Source: a virus
Taxonomy: Duplodnaviria > Caudoviricetes
DNA: 64,000 nucleotides
Direction: 5' to 3' (one strand)
IMG/VR virus record: IMGVR_UViG_3300028844_006787
The notes under the pieces were generated by a model that was not told the origin of the DNA, did not search any database, and was given only the letters and a program-made list of their open reading frames with translations. The translations under genes and the position numbers were made by a program. Positions 20,041 to 28,958 of the stretch are shown here, one piece after another. Position 1 is the stretch's first letter. Each line of letters begins with the position of its first letter.

Positions 20041-20783
20041 TTTGGTTTTTCTATTTTTAATATATCACGAATTATCATTACTCTTGCTCGTTTGCCGTAA
20101 GTTTCCTCATACTTAGCATATGATTTATTTTTTGTGAGAGTAACCCCAGTCATATGATGCGATACATGATAAACCAATGAGTTTTCATTTATATCAGAAC
20201 CACCAAATTTCGTTCTATCATGTGTCATTAAAATGTTATGCTTATCTTTTAATTCTTCGGCAGATTCATTATTTCCTGACATAAAATTGTGCATAAAAAA
20301 GTTTTGGTCATGATAATGATTTGCTTGATTTTTCAAAATTTCTAAACGTTCGTTGCTTACTTCCACAAATGCCTTACACAAATTTTCAAATTGTTTCGGT
20401 GTTCCACTTGCAAGAAACGGACAAGCAGAATCCATAAAATGAAGTTTGTCGTTGGGTTCAGTAATCGGAAAATTAACATTAATTGCATCGTAATCAGAAA
20501 CATAAAATTTTTCTTCAGTTTGAGTTGCATATGCCAACCAACGAAACCAACAACTCATTCCGTAGTCAGAAATTTCGTTATTGGTAATTTCTTTGAAGAT
20601 TCTACGCATTTCTGTGTTCAAAGTTTCAAAATACGAATGTTTTTTTGCATCTTCTAAATTAAGCACGATTGGTTCGTAACCATGTCGTGACCAACTTATT
20701 TTCCACAAATCTATAAGTTCGTTTTGAATAGCATCGTTTTGATCAGAATGATTCATATTCTGATAATAAGTGTATATTTTCAT
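20037..20783 (-). CDS. putative glycosyltransferase, tandem paralog 1
   Basis: Same motifs; TATTTATA at 20788-20795. Confidence 0.6.
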   Translation of the reverse strand: MKIYTYYQNMNHSDQNDAIQNELIDLWKISWSRHGYEPIVLNLEDAKKHSYFETLNTEMRRIFKEITNNEISDYGMSCWFRWLAYATQTEEKFYVSDYDAINVNFPITEPNDKLHFMDSACPFLASGTPKQFENLCKAFVEVSNERLEILKNQANHYHDQNFFMHNFMSGNNESAEELKDKHNILMTHDRTKFGGSDINENSLVYHVSHHMTGVTLTKNKSYAKYEETYGKRARVMIIRDILKIEKPK

Positions 20784-20821
20784 AATCTATAAATATGAAA
20801 TAAAGTAATTTTTATAATAAC

Positions 20822-21178
20822 TCAATCATCATCAAATGCTATTTCTTTTACATCGAGTAGTTGATCCGTTACCATCCAATTTAATACATAATTTACCATC
20901 TCTTCAGTAACTTTTTGATCATCTTTCCATTCTTTTACACCGACTTTGCTTCCTTCAAGTAAGTCCCAAATAGTTTCAGCATAATCGTGGTCAACGAAAC
21001 CTTCTATTCTATATTTTGGATCAACTCTATCGTAATAACACTCGGTTATCATATAATCATCGTTATGATGACAACTTGCTACTCCACCATCTGAAAAAAA
21101 GAAAAAAGCAAGTTCACTTCCCACTGCTCCACCATTTGGGTCAGAAGAATTGTAATACTCGATTTCAACCGATGGCAT
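20822..21178 (-). CDS. acidic hypothetical protein
   Basis: 118-aa ORF. Confidence 0.6.
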   Translation of the reverse strand: MPSVEIEYYNSSDPNGGAVGSELAFFFFSDGGVASCHHNDDYMITECYYDRVDPKYRIEGFVDHDYAETIWDLLEGSKVGVKEWKDDQKVTEEMVNYVLNWMVTDQLLDVKEIAFDDD

Positions 21179-21319
21179 TGAATATTGTAGATTTTAATTG
21201 ATTAAAATGGTAATGCCAATCAAAGTCTTCTAGTGTAAAAGAAACTATTCCGATTATTATTGCGATTGATAAAGCAATATAAAATAAAGTAAATAATGTA
21301 TTCTTACAATCAAACATAA

Positions 21320-21562
21320 TTAGTTCTTGACTTCAACTACATCAAATGTCGTACTTCTATATCCATCTATTGATTTATGAAAAGAACCCCCATTTGGTGC
21401 ATTTGTATTATCTTCCCAAATTAAATTATTCTTGGATGCGTACTCTTTAATTTCCTGCATTGTACCCGTCATTACGACTTCAGATACATCTTTGTAGTTT
21501 CCCCATAGTGCATAAGCAATTAGTTGATACAATTTATTTTTACCTTTATTAAACAACTTCAT
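21320..21562 (-). CDS. hypothetical protein
   Basis: 80-aa ORF downstream of a TTGACT promoter at ~21593-21622. Confidence 0.55.
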   Translation of the reverse strand: MKLFNKGKNKLYQLIAYALWGNYKDVSEVVMTGTMQEIKEYASKNNLIWEDNTNAPNGGSFHKSIDGYRSTTFDVVEVKN

Positions 21563-21614
21563 TTATTTTTTCCCATTATTATTTTTTTCCTATATTATCA
21601 TATAGTTTTTCCAC

Positions 21615-21872
21615 CTAGTCAACCAAATTTTTATGCAATGGATAATTATCAAATGAATCATCATCTGGATCAAACGGAGGAAACAACACACTTATTGGTG
21701 CTTCTTCGTTTTTTCTTTCTTGTTTATTTTGCTCAAGCAATGCTTCATAACGAATTTGACCGGCAACCTCGTGCCACAAACCCATTGCCATTATTCGTGA
21801 ATCAAAAATATCATTGAATGTATTATCAATATGATAAGCAACGAATCGTTTACTTCGTTCTCCGATATTCAT
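21615..21872 (-). CDS. hypothetical protein
   Basis: 85-aa ORF in early cassette. Confidence 0.55.
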   Translation of the reverse strand: MNIGERSKRFVAYHIDNTFNDIFDSRIMAMGLWHEVAGQIRYEALLEQNKQERKNEEAPISVLFPPFDPDDDSFDNYPLHKNLVD

Positions 21873-21999
21873 ATTAAAAAGTAATATCAGATACTGAAAG
21901 AATCATAAGTATCATTGCAGAAACGGTTGCTTGTATAATAAGCAACGGAAGAAAGAATTCGATGATGTTATTTATTTCGTTTGATTTCATTTTTTTGTG

Positions 22000-22206
22000 T
22001 TAGTTAGATTTAAAATAATTTTGAACTTGCTTTTCCCAAGCATTTAATCGTTTGTTGGATAATGCGTAACCAATTTTTTTGCTATAAAGACCAATTTCTT
22101 TACCATCAATGAAAACTCTGTTGATGTAAATTTTTCCACCGTATTCTTCTTCTCCGATGAAACGATGATTGATTATTGTAATATCAAATTTTCTTGTTTC
22201 TCTCAT
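22000..22206 (-). CDS. hypothetical protein (MRET- start)
   Basis: TAATG coupling with upstream ORF. Confidence 0.6.
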   Translation of the reverse strand: MRETRKFDITIINHRFIGEEEYGGKIYINRVFIDGKEIGLYSKKIGYALSNKRLNAWEKQVQNYFKSN

Positions 22207-22688
22207 TATGCAAGTTCTACTTCGTATTTGTTGATCAAGTTGGTTTGGTACTCAGTTAATCTGTTGGTTGCTTCTTTTTTAGTCAGTCCCCAAACTCCCA
22301 TATTACGAGTATAGTCTTCAATACGTGCAGACTTGTCGTGAGTATAAGCAAGATGTTCAAGAATCCAATCTAAACGACCTTTAAGGCATCCTGTGCGGGT
22401 CTGATACATACCGAGCAAGTTTGTAAGTCCACCATCTGAATTGAATGCTTTATCTAATCTACGCAATACAAAACGAAGCAAATTCAATTCCTTTTTGGAA
22501 ATGCTATTCCAATAATGCCACTCGGGAATATCTTTGACTACATAATTGGCAAGTGCTTTAGTGCGTTTGGTTTTTGCATACTTGGTAAAAATTTCTTCTG
22601 CAAGATAAATAGTGTCTTTACACCACTCGTGACCCATCATTGTAGGTTGTTTAAACCAATCAGCATTTCTAGTTTTTGTGAATTTCAT
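22206..22688 (-). CDS. hypothetical early protein (start revised to MKFTK at 22688)
   Basis: ORF-track extension runs through promoter and terminator; ATG follows GAGAG tract. Confidence 0.7.
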   Translation of the reverse strand: MKFTKTRNADWFKQPTMMGHEWCKDTIYLAEEIFTKYAKTKRTKALANYVVKDIPEWHYWNSISKKELNLLRFVLRRLDKAFNSDGGLTNLLGMYQTRTGCLKGRLDWILEHLAYTHDKSARIEDYTRNMGVWGLTKKEATNRLTEYQTNLINKYEVELA

Positions 22689-22734
22689 TTTTCTCTCTTT
22701 TTTGTTTTTCTTCTTTCTCACTCTCAATACAAGT

Positions 22735-22763
22735 ATACTACCAAATTTATTATAAAAAGTCAA
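22735..22763 (-). promoter_or_regulatory. conserved early sigma70-type promoter, copy 1
   Basis: TTGACT-TTTTATAATAAATTTGG-TAGTAT. Confidence 0.85.
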
Positions 22764-22772
22764 GCCTATATC

Positions 22773-22807
22773 AAAAAAAAAGGTGAACATTAAATTTAAT
22801 GTTCACC
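22773..22807 (-). terminator. intrinsic terminator directly upstream of early promoter
   Basis: Perfect 26-bp palindrome GGTGAACATTAAATTTAATGTTCACC (22782-22807) followed by T9 on - strand. Confidence 0.85.
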
Positions 22808-22914
22808 CAAGGTCGTTGCCCGCTACGCAGTTAACGTCCTATAAATTTAAATATGATGTTACTTCTTATATTTTAAAAAAAGAAGTATTTTCTCACGTTC
22901 TGTAAGGTTATCAC

Positions 22915-23130
22915 TCACAATGCAATCGGTTTGATTGTAGCAGGAACAGGATTTCTTAATCCAATCATAAACTCGTATTCATTTTGTAATTGATTAAGCA
23001 AGTTCTTAATAGAACTCAATCTATGTGTTTTTTCGTTTGTAGATAATACATTTGTAGTTTGAAGGTATGGAATCGTAATGTTTGTAATAAACTTGATTCT
23101 TTTATATAGATTAATAATAGTAGTATTCAT
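22915..23130 (-). CDS. hypothetical protein
   Basis: 71-aa ORF. Confidence 0.5.
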   Translation of the reverse strand: MNTTIINLYKRIKFITNITIPYLQTTNVLSTNEKTHRLSSIKNLLNQLQNEYEFMIGLRNPVPATIKPIAL

Positions 23131-23147
23131 TTTAGTATTGTTTTAGA

Positions 23148-23591
23148 TTAAGCAACTTTTGCAAGTTCGTTATTGTAGATGTATGGTTTTTCATAGTTAC
23201 CCACTTCAATATCAAGATAATGAGAACAATGAAAATAATCGGTCATAATATCAGTATCATTAAAATACTTTTCACCTTTCATTTCCGCAATAAGTTCCTC
23301 AAGAAAAGCAAGAACTTCACCTGAATAACACTTATCAACACAATACGGATTAACTGAAATAGAAGTAGGTTTTTCGGTTCGACGATTCCAAGGTTCAATT
23401 TGTCCTCGTTCTACTGATTGTGTATAAACATCCCAAAAATTTCCAAGAATATCTAAATCACCACTACGCAATCTAACAACGATAGTGCTATGATTTTGAA
23501 CTCCGATGGTTGCTTTAACGTTATACTTTTTAAGAACCTTCTTGATTCCTACTGATAATTCTTTTTTGTCTTCTTGACTTACGTATGCCAT
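23148..23591 (-). CDS. conserved phage hypothetical protein (start revised to MAYVSQ at 23591)
   Basis: MAYVSQEDKK...DIMTDYFH..HYLDIEVG..EKPY pattern common in marine phages. Confidence 0.75.
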   Translation of the reverse strand: MAYVSQEDKKELSVGIKKVLKKYNVKATIGVQNHSTIVVRLRSGDLDILGNFWDVYTQSVERGQIEPWNRRTEKPTSISVNPYCVDKCYSGEVLAFLEELIAEMKGEKYFNDTDIMTDYFHCSHYLDIEVGNYEKPYIYNNELAKVA

Positions 23592-23613
23592 TTTAATTTC
23601 TCTTCTTTGTTGA

Positions 23614-23823
23614 TTATGAATTGAATGTGATAACAGGAAGCAACTCACCAGAGTTGATGTCTTCTTCTGCATGAAGTCCACTATTTCCATCGGAATTATA
23701 CCGAACCCAATAGTAAGGTTGAACACCACCAGTCACCCAAGACTCGGTATCAACCCTAGTAATGATGGCATCCTCACCATCGACATGAACATTATCACCA
23801 ATATTGTATTGTGCAATCAACAT
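23614..23823 (-). CDS. small SH3/KOW-like hypothetical protein (start revised to 23823)
   Basis: YNIGDNV...; GGAG RBS before ATG; ORF-track start is the TTG of the -35 box. Confidence 0.65.
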   Translation of the reverse strand: MLIAQYNIGDNVHVDGEDAIITRVDTESWVTGGVQPYYWVRYNSDGNSGLHAEEDINSGELLPVITFNS

Positions 23824-23878
23824 ATTTCTCTCCTTTTTTAAATTTTTAACTTTCTCTTTTCTCACTCTCAATATAATA

Positions 23879-23907
23879 ACATTACCAAAATTATTATAAA
23901 AAGTCAA
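23879..23907 (-). promoter_or_regulatory. conserved early promoter, copy 2
   Basis: TTGACT-TTTTATAATAATTTTGG-TAATGT. Confidence 0.85.
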
Positions 23908-23924
23908 GCCCTAAGGCAGAAAAA

Positions 23925-24230
23925 CTAAAGTTTTTTATTAAAAAGAATGCTTGGAACATTGATAATATAAGGATTTTTTTGCTTTTGAGCAGATTTACCA
24001 CTAAATACTCGTTCGTTTTCTTTTGCAGAGTTACGATAAGCACGAATTTGAGCATCAAGAGCAGATGCGTGTTTGCTTGCACGATACATCTTAACGACAT
24101 CAGTTTGCTTCATTTTACGCAATTGAGGTACTCCACCACCTGAGTTGTATCGTTCAAGAATACTTGAACCAAAAGCAACGGAAGATGCAAATAAAAAGAA
24201 TGCGATTGATATGGTTTTTATTATTTTCAT
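23925..24230 (-). CDS. secreted hypothetical protein
   Basis: Sec-type signal MKIIKTISIAFFLFASSVAFG; promoter 24237-24265 lies 6 nt before ATG. Confidence 0.7.
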   Translation of the reverse strand: MKIIKTISIAFFLFASSVAFGSSILERYNSGGGVPQLRKMKQTDVVKMYRASKHASALDAQIRAYRNSAKENERVFSGKSAQKQKNPYIINVPSILFNKKL

Positions 24231-24268
24231 GTTACCAACATAATCTAATTATTATAAAAAGTCAAGTC

Positions 24269-24706
24269 CTAAGTTTCACCTTGTTCGTAGAAATCAACCT
24301 TAAATTTAAATCGTTTCCACCGAAAGTTATCTGCATCAATATGTTCTGACAATAAATGCACGGCAGATAATCTATGAGAACCATCACAAAATCCACCATT
24401 TACTATAATCATCGGTTCAAGGGCAAGAAGGGTGCTAGGATTGTCTTTAAGTTTATATGCTAACTTAGTGACATTTTGAGTTACCAAGTCGTTTTTGATG
24501 CCTTTACGAACATTACTTAATACCCTATGATAATATGGTACAATTTTATAGTAGATTCCTGTGGCATTTTCATTATGCTCATTGTGTATCTGACCATCGT
24601 ATTCTGATACCAAATCAAATATACATTGTTTATTTAGAAATTTACGATACAGAAATCTTGTATTTTCTAAATTTGGAGTTCCACCTGTTGAACTCCGATT
24701 GTCCAT
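24269..24706 (-). CDS. ParB/sulfiredoxin-like domain protein
   Basis: LEPMIIV...DGSHRLSA motif. Confidence 0.55.
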   Translation of the reverse strand: MDNRSSTGGTPNLENTRFLYRKFLNKQCIFDLVSEYDGQIHNEHNENATGIYYKIVPYYHRVLSNVRKGIKNDLVTQNVTKLAYKLKDNPSTLLALEPMIIVNGGFCDGSHRLSAVHLLSEHIDADNFRWKRFKFKVDFYEQGET

Positions 24707-24984
24707 TAATACTTCTTGCTAGTAAACTTGTCGTAGTTGGTATAAGGAGGTACATCTCCATTTTGGTCAATCTTTTCGTCTTCGTAAGGAGCAACCATTC
24801 TGCGATATATTTCTAACTTTGCATTTTCTAATGCTCCAGTTATGTCGTTAAATGTTTGATAACATTTTCCGTTTTGCTCTATGTAATCGTTAATTAACTG
24901 ATTAACTGCGTAATTCAAAATTCCACAATGCTCAAGTTTATTGGCATCGTACTTTGTTTGATCGTTTTTATCTATGTAAGGCAT
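24706..24984 (-). CDS. conserved phage protein (MPYI...APYEDxKI..NGDV family)
   Basis: GxLNY...GALENAKLEIYRRMVAPYEDEKIDQNGDV. Confidence 0.75.
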   Translation of the reverse strand: MPYIDKNDQTKYDANKLEHCGILNYAVNQLINDYIEQNGKCYQTFNDITGALENAKLEIYRRMVAPYEDEKIDQNGDVPPYTNYDKFTSKKY

Positions 24985-25075
24985 AATAACATTATATTAT
25001 CATTCCACCGAAAAATAGTCAATATTTTTTGTGAACTATTTTTGATTTGTTTTCGTTATACTTATATAATCCACA

Positions 25076-25114
25076 ATGCTTTCAAAGAACATCCTTATGT
25101 TACTTGACTGGTGA
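25076..25114 (+). CDS. candidate 12-aa micropeptide MLSKNILMLLDW (or short ncRNA)
   Basis: TACTTATA at 25059-25066, ATG 9 nt later, stop immediately followed by terminator. Confidence 0.4.
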   Translation: MLSKNILMLLDW

Positions 25115-25115
25115 T

Positions 25116-25145
25116 AAGGCAAGAGAATTTCTCTTGCCTTTTTTT
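25116..25145 (+). terminator. intrinsic terminator
   Basis: AAGGCAAGAG-AATTT-CTCTTGCCTT followed by T-run. Confidence 0.85.
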
Positions 25146-25167
25146 ATGAAATTGATTAATTATAGTT

Positions 25168-25257
25168 GTGAATACATTTTCAATAATACTTACTTGTTCA
25201 ATTAGTGTGGTTGTGGTATCTATTTGGATGTATTTTTGTTTGTTTTTTGCTATTTAA
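25168..25257 (+). CDS. candidate 29-aa single-TM peptide
   Basis: GTG start, MNTFSIILTCSISVVVVSIWMYFCLFFAI; TAATTATA 3 nt upstream. Confidence 0.35.
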   Translation: MNTFSIILTCSISVVVVSIWMYFCLFFAI

Positions 25258-25675
25258 TTTTCTCCCAACGATTATCATAATTTAATCTGAAAGTACCTAC
25301 GTAATTGTCGTATCCACCAACACGTTCATTAGGAGCAAACAATGAAATAGTATGCTTGTGTGTTGCATTGTGCTTGGTGTATAAATGATACTCGTTGCCT
25401 ATAACAGGTTTCAAACGAAATTCTGCATTGAACATAATATCATTCCATTTAAAGTCTTCCGCAAGTTCTTCAAATTGCTTTTTAAGTGCTTCAAATTTGT
25501 CTGTGTAATGTTTGTTTGCTGAATGAACTGCTCCGTGTTTCCAACCTGTTAATGAGTGATCAGGTTTAATTACAGGTGCGACCAAATCACTTGCATAAGG
25601 CAATGAGTTCGGATGTGGAACTACATTATCAGGAATCTTTTTCTCGGAATTTATTTCTTCTTCTCGGTCTTCCAT
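25250..25675 (-). CDS. DUF2452-like protein
   Basis: LPYASD..AP.I.P...YNAEF-like FNAEFRLKPVIGNEYHLY...ISLFAPNE...GTFRLNYDNRW. Confidence 0.75.
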   Translation of the reverse strand: MEDREEEINSEKKIPDNVVPHPNSLPYASDLVAPVIKPDHSLTGWKHGAVHSANKHYTDKFEALKKQFEELAEDFKWNDIMFNAEFRLKPVIGNEYHLYTKHNATHKHTISLFAPNERVGGYDNYVGTFRLNYDNRWEKIK

Positions 25676-25989
25676 TTACCACCTGCATCTTTATACATCT
25701 TGGCAGCCCATCCGTTTGCATAAGCAGAAGGATAAACATCAAACTTCTTTTTTGCTTGTCCTACCCAATATGCCCATTTGCTAGGAGAGGTTGGAACATT
25801 CTTTTCAAGAAATAATTGCATTCTTTCTTCTAATGTTTTTCTTTCCATTTCTTCTTTCACTGGTTTTGATTTTGTATCTTTTCCTGCTTGTCGTTTTTTA
25901 CGACCTGCACAATGTGCTTTTTGACTAAATCCTTTGGGTTTGCTACAATCTATTTTCTTTTTGTAGTCGTTGCTCCACTCTTCGTTCAT
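25651..25989 (-). CDS. two-module basic protein (candidate head cargo)
   Basis: EWSNDYKKKIDCSKPKGFSQKAHC module + KFDVYPSAYANGW module joined by VKE/FLE sites. Confidence 0.7.
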   Translation of the reverse strand: MNEEWSNDYKKKIDCSKPKGFSQKAHCAGRKKRQAGKDTKSKPVKEEMERKTLEERMQLFLEKNVPTSPSKWAYWVGQAKKKFDVYPSAYANGWAAKMYKDAGGKWKTEKKK

Positions 25990-26336
25990 GAACCTTTTCC
26001 TGTTCCACTTTTTTTACCACTTTTCTGTGTGTAGGTGCTAACATTGATTGGTTTCTTTCCGTTTCTTCCTGCGGATTCTTTTCCACCTCGGTCTGCATCA
26101 TTTTGGGCTGCTCGTTTTCTACGAGTTGCACTTTCTTTTTCTTTGTCAGACATTTTGCTTGCAGTTGCTTGTGGAACGCATTTAGCATATCCTCGTTTGT
26201 CACCACTTGTACCACACGGAGGATGCTTTCCATCATCATCTTTTTTACCGATGTTCACCCACTTACTTTTAAACCAATTACGTAAATCTTCGTCAATAAT
26301 TTCACGAATGATTTGTTTTAGTTCTGATTTCTTCAT
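25986..26336 (-). CDS. leader-bearing basic protein (start revised to MKKSELKQIIRE)
   Basis: Leader then LRNWFKSKWVNIG...PCG...YAKCVP module. Confidence 0.75.
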   Translation of the reverse strand: MKKSELKQIIREIIDEDLRNWFKSKWVNIGKKDDDGKHPPCGTSGDKRGYAKCVPQATASKMSDKEKESATRRKRAAQNDADRGGKESAGRNGKKPINVSTYTQKSGKKSGTGKGS

Positions 26337-26788
26337 TAAAGATTTCCCCAAAGTTCCTTCCAGTTATCATAATCTTTTGATATATATTTTCTTAAATCTT
26401 TGTCTAAATCTGAACGAACTTGTTCTGCTCCTTTTGGTGTGTGACCCATCGCATCTCGCAAAGCAATTAAAGCAAGATATGCTTTACGATGTTTTTCATA
26501 ACCAGCCTTTTTTGCGATAAAAAGACGTGCTTCCAAATGTTGATTGCGACCAGTCATTCGGGCAATCTTTTTTAATTCTTTATCAGAATATTGTCCGTTC
26601 CTACGTATAGATGCCTCACCTCTTTTTGTGGATAAAACTTCGGAAAGTTCTGTTTGTAAAAATTCTTTAATTTCTGATTTTTTCATTGTAGTATTTTTTG
26701 TTGTTCCTGTTGATTTTATTTCAACATCTTTATTCCAATCTTCTACAAGAATATCTTGAATTAACTTTTTAAGTTCACTTAGTTTCAT
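26336..26788 (-). CDS. leader-bearing protein (start revised to MKLSELKKLIQD)
   Basis: TATTTATA at 26792-26799; second internal leader MKKSEIKEFLQTELSE. Confidence 0.75.
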   Translation of the reverse strand: MKLSELKKLIQDILVEDWNKDVEIKSTGTTKNTTMKKSEIKEFLQTELSEVLSTKRGEASIRRNGQYSDKELKKIARMTGRNQHLEARLFIAKKAGYEKHRKAYLALIALRDAMGHTPKGAEQVRSDLDKDLRKYISKDYDNWKELWGNL

Positions 26789-26831
26789 GCATATAAATAT
26801 ATATAAAACTAAATATTTGACAACAAATAAA

Positions 26832-27104
26832 CTACTCAATAAACGGAGCAATGAATTTTTTCAACTCAACAAGTTCATAAGCAACACGTTGCTCTCCACT
26901 TTCATTCTCAATATGAAACATCAATGAAGAAATTCTTTCGTTTAATTCGGATATAAGTTCTATGCTATCTTCGTCACCACCATCTGCTTCTTCACAAATT
27001 TTTGAGAATGTATCGGTTGATACCCATTTATCAAGAAACTCAAGATGGTTTTCGTTGGCAGAGAAATCTCCGTATAAGTGATCGTGATTATTTTCGTTGT
27101 TCAT
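26832..27104 (-). CDS. acidic hypothetical protein
   Basis: TTGACT-N17-TATTAT 7 nt before ATG. Confidence 0.7.
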   Translation of the reverse strand: MNNENNHDHLYGDFSANENHLEFLDKWVSTDTFSKICEEADGGDEDSIELISELNERISSLMFHIENESGEQRVAYELVELKKFIAPFIE

Positions 27105-27153
27105 GGTTTATATAATATAATTTCCACGAAGTTAAGTCAAATCAAATGTTTAT

Positions 27154-27222
27154 AAAAAAAGAGTTGTTACCAAGATAAACTCGATAACAACTCTGGGAGA
27201 TGATGGTGATATAAAGATATAT
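27154..27222 (-). ncRNA. candidate ~70-nt small RNA with own promoter and terminator
   Basis: TTGACT(27252-27257)-N17-TAATAT(27229-27234); no ATG in transcript; hairpin AGAGTTGTTA...TAACAACTCT + U-run at 27154-27194. Confidence 0.6.
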
Positions 27223-27273
27223 ATATGTATATTATGATTTTATTTCAAAAAAGTCAATTTTTTTTATTTTTTT

Positions 27274-27606
27274 TTACGAAACATAAGCATTTAATTCAAA
27301 ATTACCACTTTCCATGCCATAAACTTGGAAATGAAGATGCTTACGTTGAGGTTTTCCGTTCTTGGTTAATGCAACACTAAACGAATTGCTTTTGCCTACA
27401 CTTGGTCTTGCTCTTCTGTATTTTCCACCAAATGCAACCTCGGTTGTCCAATTTTCTTCGTCTATTTCAAATCCTTTTTTCTCTGCAACTTTTCGTGCTT
27501 CTTCAGCCGCAGACGTAAAAGACTTGTGATAAAGTTTATATTTGTATTCTTTAAGAAGTTTCTGAAACTCTTCTTCTATAACTTGTTTTAATTGTGTTTT
27601 GTTCAT
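27274..27606 (-). CDS. leader-bearing protein
   Basis: MNKTQLKQVIEEEFQKLLKE leader + YHKSFTSA...RPSVGK...LHFQVYGMESGNFELNAY module. Confidence 0.75.
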   Translation of the reverse strand: MNKTQLKQVIEEEFQKLLKEYKYKLYHKSFTSAAEEARKVAEKKGFEIDEENWTTEVAFGGKYRRARPSVGKSNSFSVALTKNGKPQRKHLHFQVYGMESGNFELNAYVS

Positions 27607-28091
27607 TAGAATCCTATTGAAATAACTTCTCCGTCAAATTCAATCCAACGATACTTAGGAGCACCACCTTTGCTTAAATACGCAATGGTATCGGATGTAT
27701 GTCGTTCTGATGATGCTTCTATAACTGCTATAAGTCCGTGTATTCCATCAAACGCAGTTTGTGGTCTGCCTTTAAATAACTTTGTCCAATACTTAATAGA
27801 AAGTTGTGCTTTTTTATCCATTGACTTGATGTCAACTTCACTTGCTTCTGTGATTTCTTTAGTCTTGGGACTTCTATCTTCACCAACAATTTCCCAATCT
27901 TCAATTCCAAGTTTCTTCATTTCCTTACGAAGTTCTTGGTTTATCTTTTTGACTTCAGGTGAATCTGCTCCGTGTTTATCACGTGCTTGAAGTTTTGCCA
28001 AAAGCAAATTGCTATACTTTAAATACTTGGATTTTTCGGTAAGAGTTTCACTTTCCGCAATGATTTTTTCAAATGCTTTGTTGATGTCCAT
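27606..28091 (-). CDS. two-module protein (start revised to MDINK)
   Basis: Tandem TATTTATA at 28095-28112; LTE/ITE junctions. Confidence 0.7.
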   Translation of the reverse strand: MDINKAFEKIIAESETLTEKSKYLKYSNLLLAKLQARDKHGADSPEVKKINQELRKEMKKLGIEDWEIVGEDRSPKTKEITEASEVDIKSMDKKAQLSIKYWTKLFKGRPQTAFDGIHGLIAVIEASSERHTSDTIAYLSKGGAPKYRWIEFDGEVISIGF

Positions 28092-28214
28092 AACTATAAA
28101 TATATATAAATACAAAAAAACTACTCTTCATCGTCTATATTCATTAGAAGTCCGAATATGAATAATAGCAAGGTAAAACCCATACCAACATACAATAGTA
28201 TTTCGTACCACATA

Positions 28215-28649
28215 TTACTCGTCAATAGTAACACTAAATGTGTCACCCTGACGAATGCTAGGAATCAATTCAATTCCTTCAGTAACCTTTCCAAAACAAG
28301 TATGAAGTCCATCAAGATGAGCAGTTGCTTGACGTGAATGAACAATAAAGAATTGTGAACCACCTGTATTGGGTCCTGCGTGTGCCATACTTAATACTCC
28401 TGTGTCGTGATGTTGATTGTCACCATTAACTTCACAATCAATTTGGTATCCTGGTCCACCACTTCCTGTTCCATGTGGACATCCACCTTGTGCTACGAAT
28501 CCGTCAATTACTCTATGAAAGTTTAATCCTTCGTAGAATCCTTTGTTTGCTAAATCGCAAAAGTTCTTCACCGTATTGGGTGCATCGTTATCATAAAACT
28601 CTACTTTGAGAGTGCCTGCATTTGTTGTAATTGTTCCTGTTGTACTCAT
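28215..28649 (-). CDS. ppiB: cyclophilin-type peptidyl-prolyl cis-trans isomerase
   Basis: APNTVKNF...GFYEGLNFHRVIDGFVAQGG...GVLSMAHAGPNTGGSQFFI...HLDGLHTCFGKV. Confidence 0.97.
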   Translation of the reverse strand: MSTTGTITTNAGTLKVEFYDNDAPNTVKNFCDLANKGFYEGLNFHRVIDGFVAQGGCPHGTGSGGPGYQIDCEVNGDNQHHDTGVLSMAHAGPNTGGSQFFIVHSRQATAHLDGLHTCFGKVTEGIELIPSIRQGDTFSVTIDE

Positions 28650-28694
28650 AATAATTGAAATATATTACACAAATAATATACCAATTGCAACTTT

Positions 28695-28958
28695 TTAATT
28701 ACATTTTACGATTCTAAGAGTGCAATCGTTTGAACCTTTAATGATTCTATGAAATGAATTTTTTGGAATAGATATTTTTTGATTCAAAGAAATTGGAAGT
28801 TGATCATCAAATTGAAACTTCCAATCCGTTTCGTGCAATGCTTCTATTTCACGGTCTTCACGATCAAGATGCCATACTAAATCTGTTTCGGGTGTATTTT
28901 CGGAGAATGTACGAATATAAATGTTTTGCCAAATTTTATGTTCTATATATGGTTTCAT
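28695..28958 (-). CDS. cupin-like conserved phage protein
   Basis: LVWHLDREDR...WKFQFDDQLP...IPKNSFHRIIKG. Confidence 0.65.
   Translation of the reverse strand: MKPYIEHKIWQNIYIRTFSENTPETDLVWHLDREDREIEALHETDWKFQFDDQLPISLNQKISIPKNSFHRIIKGSNDCTLRIVKCN

Noticed and set aside
18545-20783. Triplicated genes as a diversity-generating retroelement (TR/VR)
   Set aside because: All three are full ORFs, differences include indels and are not adenine-specific, and no reverse transcriptase is in the window.
23824-23907. Shared N-terminus MTFYN(N/I)FG in ORFs 23614..23907, 48667..48903, 60430..63504 (and LTFYNKFG in 22206..22790) as a protein family
   Set aside because: It is the translation of the repeated promoter; the TTG 'start' is the -35 box. 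True starts lie downstream.
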